This document shows positions 26,192 through 36,314 of a stretch of 39,163 nt of DNA, in pieces (the first letter of the stretch is position 1; the number at the start of each line of letters is the position of its first letter). Under the pieces are notes generated by a model. It was not told the origin of the DNA. It saw nothing but the letters and a program-made list of their open reading frames with translations, and did not search any database. This DNA is from Kayfunavirus PDP351P4. The position numbers were made by a program, and so were the translations under genes. Where the stretch lies: sequence record OZ035749.1. One strand, 5' to 3'.

Positions 26192-28549
26192 ATGCCACTT
26201 ATCACACAAAGCATAAAAAATCTTAAAGGTGGAATTAGCCAGCAGCCTGACATCCTGAGGTTCTCAGACCAAGGCGAGGAGCAAGTTAACTGCTGGTCAT
26301 CAGAGAGTGATGGCCTCCAGAAGCGTCCACCTACAGTCTTCAAGCGACGTCTTAACATCGACGTTGGTAGTAACCCTAAGTTCCACCTGATTAACCGTGA
26401 TGAGCAGGAGCAGTATTACATCGTGTTCAACGGGTCCAACATTCAGGTAGTTGACTTGAGTGGTAATCAATACTCCGTTTCCGGTGCGGTAGATTACGTT
26501 AATTCGTCCAACCCGCGAGATGACATCCGTGTAGTTACCGTTGCAGACTATACGTTCATCGTGAACCGTAAGGTTGTCGTTAAAGGTGGAAGCGATAAGT
26601 CACACTCTGGTTATAATCGTAAAGCTCGCGCTTTAATCAACCTGCGTGGTGGACAGTATGGTCGCACCCTTAAGGTAGGAATCAACGGAGGCGTTAAGGT
26701 TTCGCATAAGTTGCCAGCAGGTAATGATGCCGAGAATGACCCACCTAAGGTGGATGCGCAGGCCATCGGTGCAGCTCTGAGAGACCTTCTTGTTGCTGCT
26801 TACCCTACCTTCACGTTCGACCTTGGGTCTGGCTTCCTGTTGATCACTGCCCCTTCAGGGACTGACATTAACTCAGTGGAGACGGAGGATGGCTACGCTA
26901 ACCAGCTAATCAGCCCAGTACTCGACACGGTGCAAACAATCTCTAAGTTGCCTCTTGCAGCTCCAAATGGGTATATCATTAAGATTCAAGGTGAGACAAA
27001 CAGTAGCGCCGATGAATACTACGTGATGTATGACTCCAACACTAAGACGTGGAAGGAGACAGTGGAGCCGGGAGCCGTTACTGGGTTCGATGTCGCCACA
27101 ATGCCACATGCTCTGGTCAGAAAGTCTGATGGCTCATTTGAGTTCAAGACTCTGGATTGGTCCAAGCGTGGTGCTGGTAACGATGACACAAACCCTATGC
27201 CTAGCTTCGTGGATGCTACGATTAATGATGTGTTCTTCTACAGGAACAGACTTGGGTTCTTGTCAGGCGAGAACGTAATCATGAGCCGTTCAGCAAGCTA
27301 CTTTGCGTTCTTCCCTAAGAGTGTGGCGACACTGAGTGATGATGATCCTATTGACGTAGCTGTAAGTCACCCTAGAATCTCAATCCTTAAGTATGCCGTT
27401 CCGTTTAGTGAGCAGCTACTACTTTGGTCGGATGAGGTTCAGTTCGTGATGACAAGCTCTGGGGTACTTACATCGAAGTCTATCCAGCTTGATGTAGGCT
27501 CAGAGTTTGCCTTAGGCGATAATGCCAGACCGTTCGCTGTAGGACGCTCAGTCTTCTTCTCAGCGCCTCGTGGGTCATTCACCAGCATTAAGCGATACTT
27601 CGCTGTAGCAGATGTGTCTGATGTGAAGGATGCTGATGATACCACTGGCCACGTACTGTCCTATATCCCTAACGGGGTGTTTGACATTCAAGGTACAGGT
27701 ACTGAGAACTATATCTGCGTCAACTCTACAGGTGCATACAACCGAATCTACATCTACAAGTTCTTGTTTAAGGATGGCGTACAGCTTCAAGCCTCTTGGT
27801 CGCACTGGGAGTTCCCTAAAGCTGATAAGATTCTGGCATCTGCGTCTATTGGCTCTACCATGTTCATTGTTCGTCAGCACCAAGGCGGCGTGGACCTTGA
27901 GCACCTTAAGTTCATCAAGGAGGCAACTGACTTTCCGTTAGAGCCATATAGACTCCACGTTGACTCCAAGGTGTCTATGGTAATACCAATTGGCTCATAC
28001 AACGCTGACACCTATAAGACTACGGTTGACATTGGTTCTGCTTATGGTGGAAACGCTCCGTCTCCCGGTCGGTACTATCTTATTGACAGTCAGGGTGCTT
28101 ATGTAGACCTTGGTGACCTGACTAGCACATCCACTGTGGTTACCATTAATGGCGATTGGTCAGGACGTACAGTGTTCATCGGACGGTCTTATCTGATGTC
28201 CTACAAGTTCTCACGGTTCCTGATTAAGATTGAAGACGAGAGTGGTACTCAGTCTGAAGACACTGGACGCCTACAACTTCGTCGGGCTTGGGTCAACTAC
28301 AAGGACACTGGCGCTCTTAGACTCATTGTCAGAAACGGTGAGCGGGAGTTCGTGAACACCTTTAATGGGTACACCCTTGGTCAGCAAACCATCGGGACTA
28401 CCAACATTGGGGATGGTCAGTATCGCTTCGCTATGAATGGTAACGCATTAACCACGAGTCTAACCTTAGAGTCAGATTATCCTACCCCAGTGTCCATCGT
28501 TGGCTGTGGCTGGGAGGCGTCATACGCTAAGAAAGCTCGTTCCGTCTAA
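26192..28549 (+). CDS. tail tubular protein B / nozzle (T7 gp12-like)
   Basis: 785 aa (T7 gp12 is 794); gene 12 position. Confidence 0.88.
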   Translation: MPLITQSIKNLKGGISQQPDILRFSDQGEEQVNCWSSESDGLQKRPPTVFKRRLNIDVGSNPKFHLINRDEQEQYYIVFNGSNIQVVDLSGNQYSVSGAVDYVNSSNPRDDIRVVTVADYTFIVNRKVVVKGGSDKSHSGYNRKARALINLRGGQYGRTLKVGINGGVKVSHKLPAGNDAENDPPKVDAQAIGAALRDLLVAAYPTFTFDLGSGFLLITAPSGTDINSVETEDGYANQLISPVLDTVQTISKLPLAAPNGYIIKIQGETNSSADEYYVMYDSNTKTWKETVEPGAVTGFDVATMPHALVRKSDGSFEFKTLDWSKRGAGNDDTNPMPSFVDATINDVFFYRNRLGFLSGENVIMSRSASYFAFFPKSVATLSDDDPIDVAVSHPRISILKYAVPFSEQLLLWSDEVQFVMTSSGVLTSKSIQLDVGSEFALGDNARPFAVGRSVFFSAPRGSFTSIKRYFAVADVSDVKDADDTTGHVLSYIPNGVFDIQGTGTENYICVNSTGAYNRIYIYKFLFKDGVQLQASWSHWEFPKADKILASASIGSTMFIVRQHQGGVDLEHLKFIKEATDFPLEPYRLHVDSKVSMVIPIGSYNADTYKTTVDIGSAYGGNAPSPGRYYLIDSQGAYVDLGDLTSTSTVVTINGDWSGRTVFIGRSYLMSYKFSRFLIKIEDESGTQSEDTGRLQLRRAWVNYKDTGALRLIVRNGEREFVNTFNGYTLGQQTIGTTNIGDGQYRFAMNGNALTTSLTLESDYPTPVSIVGCGWEASYAKKARSV

Positions 28550-28573
28550 CTTATTGAAGGGCCTATAGATTTA

Positions 28574-28597
28574 CCTTAACTATCACTATAGGGACTA
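28574..28597 (+). promoter_or_regulatory. phage RNAP promoter (phi13 position)
   Basis: CCTTAACTATCACTATAGGGACTA. Confidence 0.7.
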
Positions 28598-28625
28598 TAG
28601 GCCCTTAAGGTTATAAGGAGACTTT

Positions 28626-29081
28626 ATGTATATTCGCAAGGCTACAGATGTAGACGTTTGGTACGCTGCTGCACAACTTACAGATGACGACTTAGAGGAG
28701 TGTAAAGCCAACTATGGGACCACTGAAGGTCTCACCGAAAGGCTGCAAGCACACCTAACGTCGACATCTGTGGTTTTGACTAACGCTCTTGGAGAGATTT
28801 ACGCCTATGGTGGCAACCAAGGTGACAACGTTTGGTTCCTGACGACCAGAATGACCGAGCGTCTCACACCTGAAGGTAAGCGAGAGTTCCGTGAGAGAAT
28901 CATGGAGTATCGTGACAAGATGCTGGAGGATTATCAGGTACTATGGAACTACGTCTGGGAAGGCAATACGTCCCACATCCGGTTTCTCAAGTCAATAGGC
29001 GCTAAGTTCCACGACGATAAGTGGACCAGAAGTCCAGTTACTGGAGAAGTATTCATTCTATTTACAATCACCAAGGAGTAA
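28626..29081 (+). CDS. internal virion protein (T7 gp13-like)
   Basis: 151 aa (T7 gp13 is 138); positional assignment. Confidence 0.6.
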   Translation: MYIRKATDVDVWYAAAQLTDDDLEECKANYGTTEGLTERLQAHLTSTSVVLTNALGEIYAYGGNQGDNVWFLTTRMTERLTPEGKREFRERIMEYRDKMLEDYQVLWNYVWEGNTSHIRFLKSIGAKFHDDKWTRSPVTGEVFILFTITKE

Positions 29082-29083
29082 AG

Positions 29084-29485
29084 ATGACCAAGGTTTGTTT
29101 AACTTGTGGTCTGGAGAAACCAATCACTGAGTTTCACAAACAGGCCACCAAGAAAGACCAAAACAGGAGAAAGCCTCATTGCAGAAGCTGCTGGTCCAAG
29201 ATACGGAAGGATAGAACCCCAGAGCACAACAGGCGGTATAACCTGAAGAAAGGCTACGGAATAACACCTGAGGAGTATGATAAGATGCTTCGTGAGCAAG
29301 GTGGGACATGTGCCATCTGCCATGGTACAGAGTCGGTAGGAAGACTAGCGGTAGACCATTGCCATTCCACTGGAAAGGTTAGAGGGCTGCTATGTACCAA
29401 CTGCAATCAAGCTATAGGCAAGCTGAAGGATGACGCTCAGTTGCTTAGGAACGCTATCAACTATCTGGAGGTGAGCCGTGTGTGA
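29084..29485 (+). CDS. endonuclease VII-family (HNH-like) nuclease, putative homing endonuclease
   Basis: 133 aa from the ATG preceded by AAGGAG; CAICHG...L.VDHCH.TGKVRGLLCTNCN..IGKL matches the zinc/HNH core of T4 endonuclease VII (C.IC...L..DH.H....GKVRGLLC..CN); Arg codons mostly AGA/AGG and Ile ATA, unlike neighbouring genes. Confidence 0.8.
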   Translation: MTKVCLTCGLEKPITEFHKQATKKDQNRRKPHCRSCWSKIRKDRTPEHNRRYNLKKGYGITPEEYDKMLREQGGTCAICHGTESVGRLAVDHCHSTGKVRGLLCTNCNQAIGKLKDDAQLLRNAINYLEVSRV

Positions 29486-30065
29486 ACCAGTATCCATCGG
29501 TTTAGGAATCATGTCAGTGGCTGGTGCCACTATGTCTGCGTCCAGCCAAGCTAAGGCCGAAGGTGCAGCAATTGACGCTCAGAACCGTCAGTCTCAGGAG
29601 ATGGTTAAGCAGATGAACTACTCTGACGCCAACCTGAAGATGCAGGAGCGAGACCTGAAGGAGCAGCAGATGGCTGAACTGACAGAGACCACGTTAAACG
29701 GTATCCGCAATCAGGGTATGGTCCGAGCTGCGGTAGCTGAGTCCGGTCTGGAGGGTAACTCTATGGACAGGATTGAACGTCAGGTCGAGGGAGACACAGT
29801 CAAGGAGAGAGCCGGGATTACCGAAAGCTACAACCGTGACTATGCGGCTATCTTCGGGAACCGTATCACCAACATTGAGAACACCAAGTCTGCTATCCGT
29901 GGTCAAGGTAAAATCATCAAGACCAGCCCACTAGCTCATGCACTTAATGTTGCTAACGCCGGGATGCAAGGGTACGCTGCTGGTAAGTCACTATCTGGAG
30001 CATCAAGCTATGGTGGTGCTGCACCGATTAGTGCTGCTAAAGGCACACCTACAGGTCATAGCTAA
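29478..30065 (+). CDS. internal virion protein A (T7 gp14-like), GTG start
   Basis: 195 aa (T7 gp14 is 196); begins (M)CEPVSIGLGI resembling T7 gp14 MCWAAAIPIAI; MDRI.R motif shared. Confidence 0.8.
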   Translation: MCEPVSIGLGIMSVAGATMSASSQAKAEGAAIDAQNRQSQEMVKQMNYSDANLKMQERDLKEQQMAELTETTLNGIRNQGMVRAAVAESGLEGNSMDRIERQVEGDTVKERAGITESYNRDYAAIFGNRITNIENTKSAIRGQGKIIKTSPLAHALNVANAGMQGYAAGKSLSGASSYGGAAPISAAKGTPTGHS

Positions 30066-30076
30066 GAGGAGGACTA

Positions 30077-32359
30077 ATGGCTAGTAATATTGAATCAGCT
30101 CTGGCTAATCGGACTATGGGTCGTGGCAGAGCGCCGGGTAAAACTATCGCCGTCAACTATCAAGCAGCCAGCGTTCAGGCTCCAACTGGTGACTCAGGTC
30201 TGGCTCGGGCGTTAACCAACTTCGTTGAGTCTGGTACTGGATTATACAAGCAGTTCAAAGACGAGGAGAAGACACGGGCTGACGAGCGGTCTAACGAGAT
30301 TATCCGTAAGCTGACACCTCAGCAAAGACGTGAGGCTATCCAGAACGGCACACTGCTGTATCAGGACGACCCTTACGCTATGGAAGCACTTCGAGTCAAG
30401 ACTGGTAGAAACGCTGCCTTTGCGGTAGACGATGAGATTAACGTTAAGATTCAGAACGGTGAGTTCCGTACACGTCAGGACATGGAAGAGTATCGCCACC
30501 AGAGACTTCAGGACGCCGCTAAGTCCTATGCTGAAGAGGCGGGTATTAACCCTACCGATGAGTTCTTCCAGCGAGGGTTCAACGATAACATCACAGACCG
30601 CAACATCGCTATCTATGGGTCCTTCAATAAGTATTTCAGTAAGCAGTCTGAAGAGACCGCAATGTTGAACACTCGTATTGAGATGAACTCATTCCTGAAC
30701 GATGGCGACCTGATGCGTTCACCTGAGTCAGGTAAGACCTTCATGGCCTACCTTCGTGATGGATTGACTACTGCTGCTATCCCTTCGGACCAGCGAGCAC
30801 GAGAGGTCATTACCCAGACGGTCCGTGACGCAATCCAGAAGTCTGGTGGCTCAAACTTCCTACAGCAAGTACGAGGCGAGCGAATCACCCTTAACGGTGT
30901 GGACGCTACAGTCGAAGAGATTGTAGGACCTGATGTCTTCAACGCTGCTATTGTTGAGGCACAAGGAACTGAGTACAAGCTGGTGGCTAAGTATCAGGAG
31001 GACTTAGCGTTAGGCGTCCAGTCTGCGATTCTTCAGGATGACCCGACCATCGGTCTTGCCCAGATTCAGAAACTCAAGGAGCAGAACAACCTGCTTCAGC
31101 CGGGTGAAGAACTCACGCCTCAGCGTCAGATGCTTATTAATGCCGAAGCCAGCTTACTGGAAGCGGTCAAGCGTAAGTCCGCTGAACAGGCGAAGGAGAA
31201 CACTAAGTTAATCCAGACGCAGAACAAGCAACTGGTCATTGACCAAGTGTATCAGCGACGTCTGGCTGGGGACAACGTGTCCACCAACTATGAGGACCTT
31301 CCGGTCTCAGACGCTACAGGCGAGTTCAAACGTTCGGACATGAACAACTACGCGTCTGCCAAGCTACAGCAGATTGACCAGATGGACATCCCTGAGGCTG
31401 CTAAAGACGCTCAGAAGGTGGCATTGTTAAGAGCTGACACTAACAACGGTCCGTTCCGTAATGCCTTCCAGACTCTAACTCAGGACGCTGCTGGCGAGTG
31501 GCAAGCTGCGGTCATCCGTGGACAGTACGACCCAGACAAGATGCAACGCTTCGAGTCTCTTCGTCGTGCCTACACTCAGGACCCTTCAAGTTTTGCTGCT
31601 CTGTATCCTGACCAAGCTCAGTTGTTCTCTACGTTCGACCAGATGGACAAGATGGGTCTGGACCCTCAGACGATGATTGAAGCTGATAAGCAAGCTGCAA
31701 GTCAAAGCCGTGAGATGCGCATGGAGTCAGACAAGGCGTGGCAGGAGTTGAAGAACGACTCCAAGAACACCCAGTTGTCTCGCCTCCCAACGTCTCTGGA
31801 CGCAAGTGCTCGTAAGGTATGGGACTCATGGTACTATCGTACAGGTAACGCGGACGCTGCAACGCAGCAGACTCAACGCTGGCTTAACGAGAACACAGTA
31901 ACGTTCCAATCTGAAGGTTCGGACGGTAAGTCCATCGGCATGGTGTCCAAACACCAGCTTATGGTCGGGGATAACCCAGAGTCGTGGCAGGTGGGTCGAG
32001 ACATTATAGACACCGCTCGTAAGCAGCTCATTAAGGCCAACCCTTGGGTAGTGAACTCTCAATTGTCCGTTGTTGAACAGAACGGCTCTATCTTCCTCCA
32101 AGACGCTACAGGTACTATTCGTATTCGATACGATAAAGAACTTGTAGGTAAACTCTACCGCGAACAACAGCAGAAGGCACAAGATGCCGCATATGCTCAG
32201 GCAGAACGTGACGCTAACAAGCGAGCGCGTATAGTCGGGACTAAAGCTGCTGGTGACAAGCGTCGAGCTGACCGAGAGGCCAACATCGAGAAGAGCGGTG
32301 GGATGTACAATGACGTCTCACTGGAGGGTATCGCAAACGTACTAATTGGTAAGGAGTAA
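30077..32359 (+). CDS. internal virion protein B (T7 gp15-like)
   Basis: 760 aa (T7 gp15 is 747); AGGAGG RBS; gene 15 position. Confidence 0.85.
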   Translation: MASNIESALANRTMGRGRAPGKTIAVNYQAASVQAPTGDSGLARALTNFVESGTGLYKQFKDEEKTRADERSNEIIRKLTPQQRREAIQNGTLLYQDDPYAMEALRVKTGRNAAFAVDDEINVKIQNGEFRTRQDMEEYRHQRLQDAAKSYAEEAGINPTDEFFQRGFNDNITDRNIAIYGSFNKYFSKQSEETAMLNTRIEMNSFLNDGDLMRSPESGKTFMAYLRDGLTTAAIPSDQRAREVITQTVRDAIQKSGGSNFLQQVRGERITLNGVDATVEEIVGPDVFNAAIVEAQGTEYKLVAKYQEDLALGVQSAILQDDPTIGLAQIQKLKEQNNLLQPGEELTPQRQMLINAEASLLEAVKRKSAEQAKENTKLIQTQNKQLVIDQVYQRRLAGDNVSTNYEDLPVSDATGEFKRSDMNNYASAKLQQIDQMDIPEAAKDAQKVALLRADTNNGPFRNAFQTLTQDAAGEWQAAVIRGQYDPDKMQRFESLRRAYTQDPSSFAALYPDQAQLFSTFDQMDKMGLDPQTMIEADKQAASQSREMRMESDKAWQELKNDSKNTQLSRLPTSLDASARKVWDSWYYRTGNADAATQQTQRWLNENTVTFQSEGSDGKSIGMVSKHQLMVGDNPESWQVGRDIIDTARKQLIKANPWVVNSQLSVVEQNGSIFLQDATGTIRIRYDKELVGKLYREQQQKAQDAAYAQAERDANKRARIVGTKAAGDKRRADREANIEKSGGMYNDVSLEGIANVLIGKE

Positions 32360-32363
32360 CATA

Positions 32364-35300
32364 ATGGCGACTCGTGGTATTCGCAATAACAATCCGGGGA
32401 ACATCCGTGTAAGTAAGGACCAATGGGAAGGAATGACTGGAGATGATGGCGCATTCGTCACCTTCGATAGTCCAGAGTCTGGCGTCCGAGCTTTAGGTAA
32501 AAACCTGCTGTCCTACGGTCGCCAAGGTTATGACTCCATCGAGAAGATTATCAACCGATGGGCACCTCCTAATGAGAACGACACTCAGGCTTATATTGAC
32601 TCAGTGGTGGCTGCGACTGGTATTCCAGCTACCCAGAGTCTAGACCTCTCGAATCCGGACACCCTGTCTTCTCTGGCGCAAGCTATCAGCTTCCATGAGA
32701 CAGGCTCCCGGTACAACCCTGAAGTCTACCAACAGGGAGTCGCAAGAGCACTTAACGGTATCAGCCCAAAGACTCCACCAGTAAGCGCTAACGTATTTGA
32801 CGCACTCACGGAAGGACTCAAGGCTAAACCTAAAGTATCTCTGGGTGAGAACCTTCCGACCGCTGCTGGTCTGAACATTGAGGGTCAAGCACCTGAAGCT
32901 CCCAACGAATCGTTCGGTGAGATGTTCTATAAGGCTACTGGAGAGACCATGCAGGAGCGAGAGGACCGCTCTACGTGGTTCGGTTTCGGTGCGGCTACAG
33001 AAGCTGAAGTGAAGAACTCTATGGTCGGCGTGGCTATCCGAGCTGGCCAGACTGAGGATTCACTGGATGTCATTGGCGATGTGTTCAACCCGACCAGATG
33101 GAACAACCATAAGTGGTCTCGTGAGGAGCTGGACCAGATTCGTAACGCTGGGGTGCTGCCTCAGTATTACGGAGTCATTACTGGTGGTTCTCCTCAGAAC
33201 CTGACCGAGCTTATTAACTTGGCGCTTGAGAACCAGAAGTTGGACCAAGAGAAGGCCAAGTCCGGGACTGGTGCTCAGTTAGCTGCTGGTGTGATTGGAA
33301 CTGGTGTGGACCCTCTGACCTACGTTCCTATCGCTGGACAGGTGGGTAAAGGAGGTAAACTGGTCAACAAGATGTTCACCGTGGCTGCTCAATCTGGAGC
33401 ACTGGCTGGTGTGTCAGAGATGGCCCGTACCTCAGTGGCTGGTGGTGATGCTCATGTGGCTGAAGCTATCCTTGGTGGTGCTCTCTTCGGTGGTGGCATG
33501 ACTGCTATCGCTGATGGGCTAGGCAGAGCCTTAGGTCGCAACACTAATGAGTTTGCTGGCCCAGCTACACGTCTGGAAGCTCGTGAGACCGCTCGTAACG
33601 TTGATGGTCAGGACCTGTCTCGTCTCCCTATTCAGGAAGGTGAGCAGACCTTTAGTCATCAAGGCGTTAAGTTCGCAGACGTTCCTAACGAGCCGGGCAG
33701 TGTACGACTGGAAGATGGTTCAATCCTAATTGGTGAGAACCCTCTGAACCCTAAGACACGTCAAGTCTTTGACGAAGTGATTGAGCCTGAACGTGCCGCT
33801 GCTGGTGTGAACCTTGGTGGGCTGACTGAGATTGGTCTGAAGCTGCTTCGGTCTGAGAACCTTGAGATTCGTGGGGTAGCTGCTGACTTAGTGCGTTCAC
33901 CGACTGGTATGCAGTCAGGGGCCTCAGGTAAAATAGGGACCACTGCGTCAGACGTATTCGAGAGACTTCGTGCTGTGGACCACCGGTTCTACAACGACAT
34001 CGACGATGCGGTTACTGAGGCGCTCAAGGACCCATACTTCCAGACAGCATTCTGGCGAGACTCTGGAGCATTCCGTCAGGACATCTACCAGCGCGTGTCT
34101 ATGGCTATCGAAGATGGTAGCGGAAACCTGAAGGCTGAACTGACTCCGGGAGAACTGAAAGTCTATGACCTGCTGAAGAACCAGTTCGACGCCAAGCGTG
34201 AGATGATGGAGAATCCAGCTATGTTTGGTCGCCCAGACGCTCAGTCTATCTTTCCGGGTAGTCGCTTCAAGGGAACCTACGTCCCGCATGTGTATAGCAA
34301 ACAGATGAAGGAGCTGTACATTAAGGAGCTTGGAAGTCCAGAGGCGTTGCAGGAGGCCATCAAGAAGTCATGGTTGACCAGCTATGCGTCTCGACCTGAA
34401 GTCAAGAAACGCGTGGACGAGGCACTTTTAGAGGCTGACCCTACGTTGACTCCAGAGGGACTTGCTGCTGCGGTCGATAAATACGCCAACGATAAGGCTT
34501 ACGGTATCTCTCACACCGAGCAGTTCGAACGTTCATCCGTAATGGAAGAGAACATCAACGGTCTGGTGGGTCTGGAGAACAATAGCTTCCTTGAGGCTCG
34601 TAACCTGTTCGATAGCGATATGTCAATCGTCCTGCCTAACGGTCAGACCTTCAGTGTCAACAACCTGCGTGAGTGGGACATGGACAAGATTGTCCCGGCC
34701 TACAACCGTCGAGTTAATGGCGACATTGCTATCATGGCTGGTACAGGAAAAACCACGAAGGAAATGAAGGACTTGGTTGAGACCATGATGAACAAGGCTG
34801 GTGATGATGGCAAGTTGAAAGGTGAGGTCTCGACCTTACGTGATACCCTGAAGATTCTCACTGGTCGTGCTCGACGTGATGGTGCTGACGATGCTGCCTT
34901 CGCTACCGTGATGCGCACAATGACAGACCTATCGTTCTTCGCTAAGAATGCCTACATGGGTGTTCAGAACTTAACGGAGATTGGTGGTATGCTGGCTCGT
35001 GGTAACGTTCGTGCGCTGCTACATGGAGTCCCGATGTTCCGTGACCTAGCCTTCCGTAACAAGAAGGTAGGGGCCTCAGAGATTAAGGACCTGCACAATG
35101 TTATATTTGGTAAGGAACTGGATGACTCAATCCGTCCGTCTAAACAGGATGTCATTGACCGTCTGAGATCTTACAGTGACCTCGGCCGTGGTACAGCCAC
35201 AGCTCTGGGGACTGCCAAGTATTACACTGGTGAACTTGCAGTACGCTCTCCGTTCACTAAAGTCCTCAACGGTACGACCAACTACCTGTTAGATGCTGGA

Positions 35301-36251
35301 CGTCAGGGATTCCTGTCTGACATCGTGGAGCATAGTCTGACTGGCAGTAAGCGTCGGTTCGATGACCGCTGGCTGAAGACCGCTGGTATCTCTGACGAGC
35401 AGTGGAAGGGCATTAAGTCCCTAATCCGTGAGTCAGTGACTCGTGGGCCAGACGGGAAGTACACCATCAAGGATAAGAAGGCGTTCAGTCAGGACCCAAG
35501 GGCTATGGACCTGTGGCGTATGGGTGACACCATCGCTGACGAAACGTTACTCCGGCCCCACAAGCTGTCAAACATGGACGCCAAGGCTTATGGTCCTCTT
35601 GCTAAGACTGTCCTTCAGTTTAAGAACTTCGTCATCAAGTCCATCAATGGGCGAACCATGCGAACCTTCTACAACGCCACGAAGAACAACCGAGCGATGG
35701 ACGCTGCCTTGTCCACTGTGATGTCTATGGGTCTTGCTGGTATCTACTACATGGCTCAGGCGCATGTCAAGGCTTATGCTATGCAGGATGGTCGAGACCG
35801 TGACTACCTTAAGCAAGCTCTGGACCCGACGATGATTGGATATGCAGCCCTATCACGTAGTTCACATCTGGGTGGCCCACTTGGGGTAGCTAACATTCTG
35901 GGTGGCATCGCTGGGTATGAGGACACTAAGATGCTCCGTTCGTCTATCCTACCTCGTTCGCCTACAGAGAAGCCTGAACGTGCCATCGCGTATGGTGCAG
36001 CTACAAGTGACCCTGTGATGAATGTTGTTGGTAACTTCTTGGAGCAGGTTCCAGCTTTCGGATATGCTGCTAACGTTGGCGCTTCGGCTTACAACTTGGC
36101 TGGCTACCTCAAGGCTGATACTCGTGTCAACGAGCGTGACTACATGACCGGGATGTATAATACGTTCCGTGAACTGGTTCCGAACGACCCGATTACTCAG
36201 AAGTTGCTACTGGGAACGTTTGAGGAGCAAGGTATCCACATCAAGGACTAA
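32364..36251 (+). CDS. internal virion protein C/D (T7 gp16-like)
   Basis: about 1295 aa from the ATG preceded by AAGGAG; RLEARETARN, LVRSPTGMQSGASGK, ENPAMFG, KGTYVPHVY, NSFLEARNLFDSD, NGDIAIM, TGKTTKE, ILTGRARR, DPTMI.YAALSRSS and VPNDP.TQ all align with remembered T7 gp16; the N-terminal roughly 130 aa do not resemble the T7 transglycosylase domain. Confidence 0.9.
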   Translation: MATRGIRNNNPGNIRVSKDQWEGMTGDDGAFVTFDSPESGVRALGKNLLSYGRQGYDSIEKIINRWAPPNENDTQAYIDSVVAATGIPATQSLDLSNPDTLSSLAQAISFHETGSRYNPEVYQQGVARALNGISPKTPPVSANVFDALTEGLKAKPKVSLGENLPTAAGLNIEGQAPEAPNESFGEMFYKATGETMQEREDRSTWFGFGAATEAEVKNSMVGVAIRAGQTEDSLDVIGDVFNPTRWNNHKWSREELDQIRNAGVLPQYYGVITGGSPQNLTELINLALENQKLDQEKAKSGTGAQLAAGVIGTGVDPLTYVPIAGQVGKGGKLVNKMFTVAAQSGALAGVSEMARTSVAGGDAHVAEAILGGALFGGGMTAIADGLGRALGRNTNEFAGPATRLEARETARNVDGQDLSRLPIQEGEQTFSHQGVKFADVPNEPGSVRLEDGSILIGENPLNPKTRQVFDEVIEPERAAAGVNLGGLTEIGLKLLRSENLEIRGVAADLVRSPTGMQSGASGKIGTTASDVFERLRAVDHRFYNDIDDAVTEALKDPYFQTAFWRDSGAFRQDIYQRVSMAIEDGSGNLKAELTPGELKVYDLLKNQFDAKREMMENPAMFGRPDAQSIFPGSRFKGTYVPHVYSKQMKELYIKELGSPEALQEAIKKSWLTSYASRPEVKKRVDEALLEADPTLTPEGLAAAVDKYANDKAYGISHTEQFERSSVMEENINGLVGLENNSFLEARNLFDSDMSIVLPNGQTFSVNNLREWDMDKIVPAYNRRVNGDIAIMAGTGKTTKEMKDLVETMMNKAGDDGKLKGEVSTLRDTLKILTGRARRDGADDAAFATVMRTMTDLSFFAKNAYMGVQNLTEIGGMLARGNVRALLHGVPMFRDLAFRNKKVGASEIKDLHNVIFGKELDDSIRPSKQDVIDRLRSYSDLGRGTATALGTAKYYTGELAVRSPFTKVLNGTTNYLLDAGRQGFLSDIVEHSLTGSKRRFDDRWLKTAGISDEQWKGIKSLIRESVTRGPDGKYTIKDKKAFSQDPRAMDLWRMGDTIADETLLRPHKLSNMDAKAYGPLAKTVLQFKNFVIKSINGRTMRTFYNATKNNRAMDAALSTVMSMGLAGIYYMAQAHVKAYAMQDGRDRDYLKQALDPTMIGYAALSRSSHLGGPLGVANILGGIAGYEDTKMLRSSILPRSPTEKPERAIAYGAATSDPVMNVVGNFLEQVPAFGYAANVGASAYNLAGYLKADTRVNERDYMTGMYNTFRELVPNDPITQKLLLGTFEEQGIHIKD

Positions 36252-36270
36252 ACTATCACTATAGGAAACG
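36247..36270 (+). promoter_or_regulatory. phage RNAP promoter (phi17 position)
   Basis: ACTAAACTATCACTATAGGAAACG. Confidence 0.7.
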
Positions 36271-36314
36271 GAGGCGCTACCATAGGTCTCCATTTAAATC
36301 ACAAAGGAGGCATA

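Noticed and set aside
29021-29083. Upstream extension of the endonuclease VII ORF into gene 13
   Set aside because: Overlaps the 3' end of gene 13; the ATG at 29084 has a strong RBS and the conserved protein begins there.
32346-32363. Six-codon upstream start for gene 16 (MVRSNI)
   Set aside because: The AAGGAG RBS lies within this extension, so the ATG at 32364 is the better start.
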